DNA of 64,000 nucleotides from Amphiscolops sp. MND2022 (lineage: Eukaryota). The stretch lies in the NCBI GenBank assembly GCA_964187785.1, contig OZ076411.1:34720001-34784000 (forward strand), written 5' to 3'. Position 1 is the stretch's first letter; the number at the start of each line of letters is the position of its first letter. A program made the position numbers and the translations under genes. Positions 62,738 through 64,000 of this stretch are shown piece after piece. The notes below the pieces were generated by a model. It was not told the origin of the DNA. It saw only the letters and a program-made list of their open reading frames with translations, and did no database searches.

Positions 62738-63772
62738 TGTGAGCCACGATAATAATGAAATTTAAAGTTAAAATTTTCCTCTTGAAAACATTTTTTCAAA
62801 GTTAAAAGTCCGGTAAATCCGGCAAAATTTTTCCGGATTCCGGATTTGAAAATTGGCCGGATTACCGGATTCCGGAACCGGATTCCGGAATCCGGTACAT
62901 CTCTAATTATTATATATAGTTTTTTCAATCTTTTTCAGGACAACCAAACAAATCTTCCAGCTAAGTTTTTTACGCAACAAGCACAAATTGGACGGATTTT
63001 TGGCTTGTTTCAAAAAAATTCACTTATTTGTTTGACTTTTGCCGTATCTCTAATCCTGGACCATTTGAAATAACAATCAATTTACATTCATATATTGTTC
63101 ATTATGAGCATACCTGATAAACAATGCATAAATTTATCAAGCAATATCGAAAACGACAGTTCGCAGCGAAAAGTGCCAGATATAAACTGTACTGTTTATT
63201 TAGTTCTCGTAACTTTGGCTAGAATCATTCCTTAAAAAAATGAGATAAAATTTCAAATCAGCATTGATTTCAAAACGTAAAGAGGCGTAGTAATTCTTAT
63301 CAAAATTAGGGAAACTTTTGTTCTAGAGACTTTCCGTCAAATGCATGTCCTAAGGAAAAAATGAGCCTTTTGTGTTTTTGTCTGTGATTTTAGATGCCTT
63401 TAGATTATTGGGACTATACTGCATTCGATAAATACAGCGGAACCTAATGAGATGTCCCAAATTTTCATACAATTTGACGCAAAGAAGCTGATGATTTATT
63501 CGATCTTCGTAGATAAATTTCGATAGAATTTTCAATTTTGTAGCTTTTCTGTAAAAAAACCATTCATTCTTAATTGAAGAAAAATCTTTACTCTGAAAAA
63601 TACAGAAAGTGTATTTTGTGCATGGTTTCGATGCTAAAAAATTTCCTGGTTGAGTGTGCAGAAGGTGTACGAAGTGCAACGCGATTGATTGCCAACCCGG
63701 GTAATTTATCCCCTGCCAAGAATGGCAGAAAATCACACGGGGGTTTTCAAGCATTTTAAGGGAGTATTTCAC

Positions 63773-63875
63773 GAATGAAAAAGTCCCATTGAACTCTGAA
63801 ACTCACGGTAGCTATCAACAAGCCGAGAATGAAAAAGTCCCATTCAACTGTGAAACTCAATATCAACAAGTTGAG
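63773..63875. repeat. Two-copy ~54-bp imperfect tandem repeat
   Basis: GAATGAAAAAGTCCCATT...GAAACTCA...ATCAACAAG at 63773 and 63827. Confidence 0.6.
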
Positions 63876-64000
63876 AACGGCCCAAGTCGGCGCCCAGCTC
63901 ATAGTTCAACAAAGCAAAGTGTTTGAAAAATTCTGGGGCCAACTAATGACACATTTCGATGATCATACAGTGCCAACAAATACCCGAAGAGAGAGAATAC

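Larger units (their letters stand above)
58602..62905. mobile_element. Non-autonomous hAT-type DNA transposon carrying LINE cargo
   Basis: TIRs TAGAGATGTAACCGGATT / AATCCGGTACATCTCTA; perfect 8-bp TSD ATTATTAT (58594-58601 and 62906-62913); clusters of CCGGATT/CCGGAA subterminal repeats at both ends; no transposase ORF. Confidence 0.85.

Noticed and set aside
63350-63772. 140-aa minus-strand ORF
   Set aside because: AT-rich, no recognisable domain; probably a chance ORF.

Overview
Repeat-dense eukaryotic (invertebrate animal-like) genomic DNA with a 200-N scaffold gap at 16739-16938; the host species cannot be determined from the sequence alone. Only one clear host gene is present, an intronless GT31-family glycosyltransferase (4987-6237, minus). 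The rest is nested transposable elements: two decayed copies of a compact Ty3/Gypsy family, CR1/L2-type and other LINE fragments, a foldback-like MITE, solo-LTR remnants, and a non-autonomous hAT element carrying a tandemly duplicated LINE piece. The main feature is a pair of very divergent giant Ty3/Gypsy elements with the same unusual architecture: E1 (~17745-34700) and E2 (39677-55148, LTRs ~98% identical, 5-bp TSD GTAAC). Both have 1.7-1.9 kb LTRs that encode the first 114-187 codons of Gag, a PBS that itself encodes M-V-T-G, an A-AAA-AAC -1 frameshift site, and an unassigned domain ahead of the protease. Between pol and the 3' LTR both carry a large ANTISENSE gene: an acidic N-terminus, a CCHH zinc finger and an apparently catalytically dead hAT-transposase-like body. 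A small divergent sense ORF follows it, and in E2 that ORF runs into the 3' LTR. In E2 the antisense gene reconstructs as five exons joined in frame by four canonical phase-1 GT-AG introns (~1220 aa, with one nonsense codon and one 1-nt frameshift); in E1 its coding region looks intronless. This is the best candidate for an undescribed system here. The hAT assignment comes from motif recognition and needs a profile or structure search.
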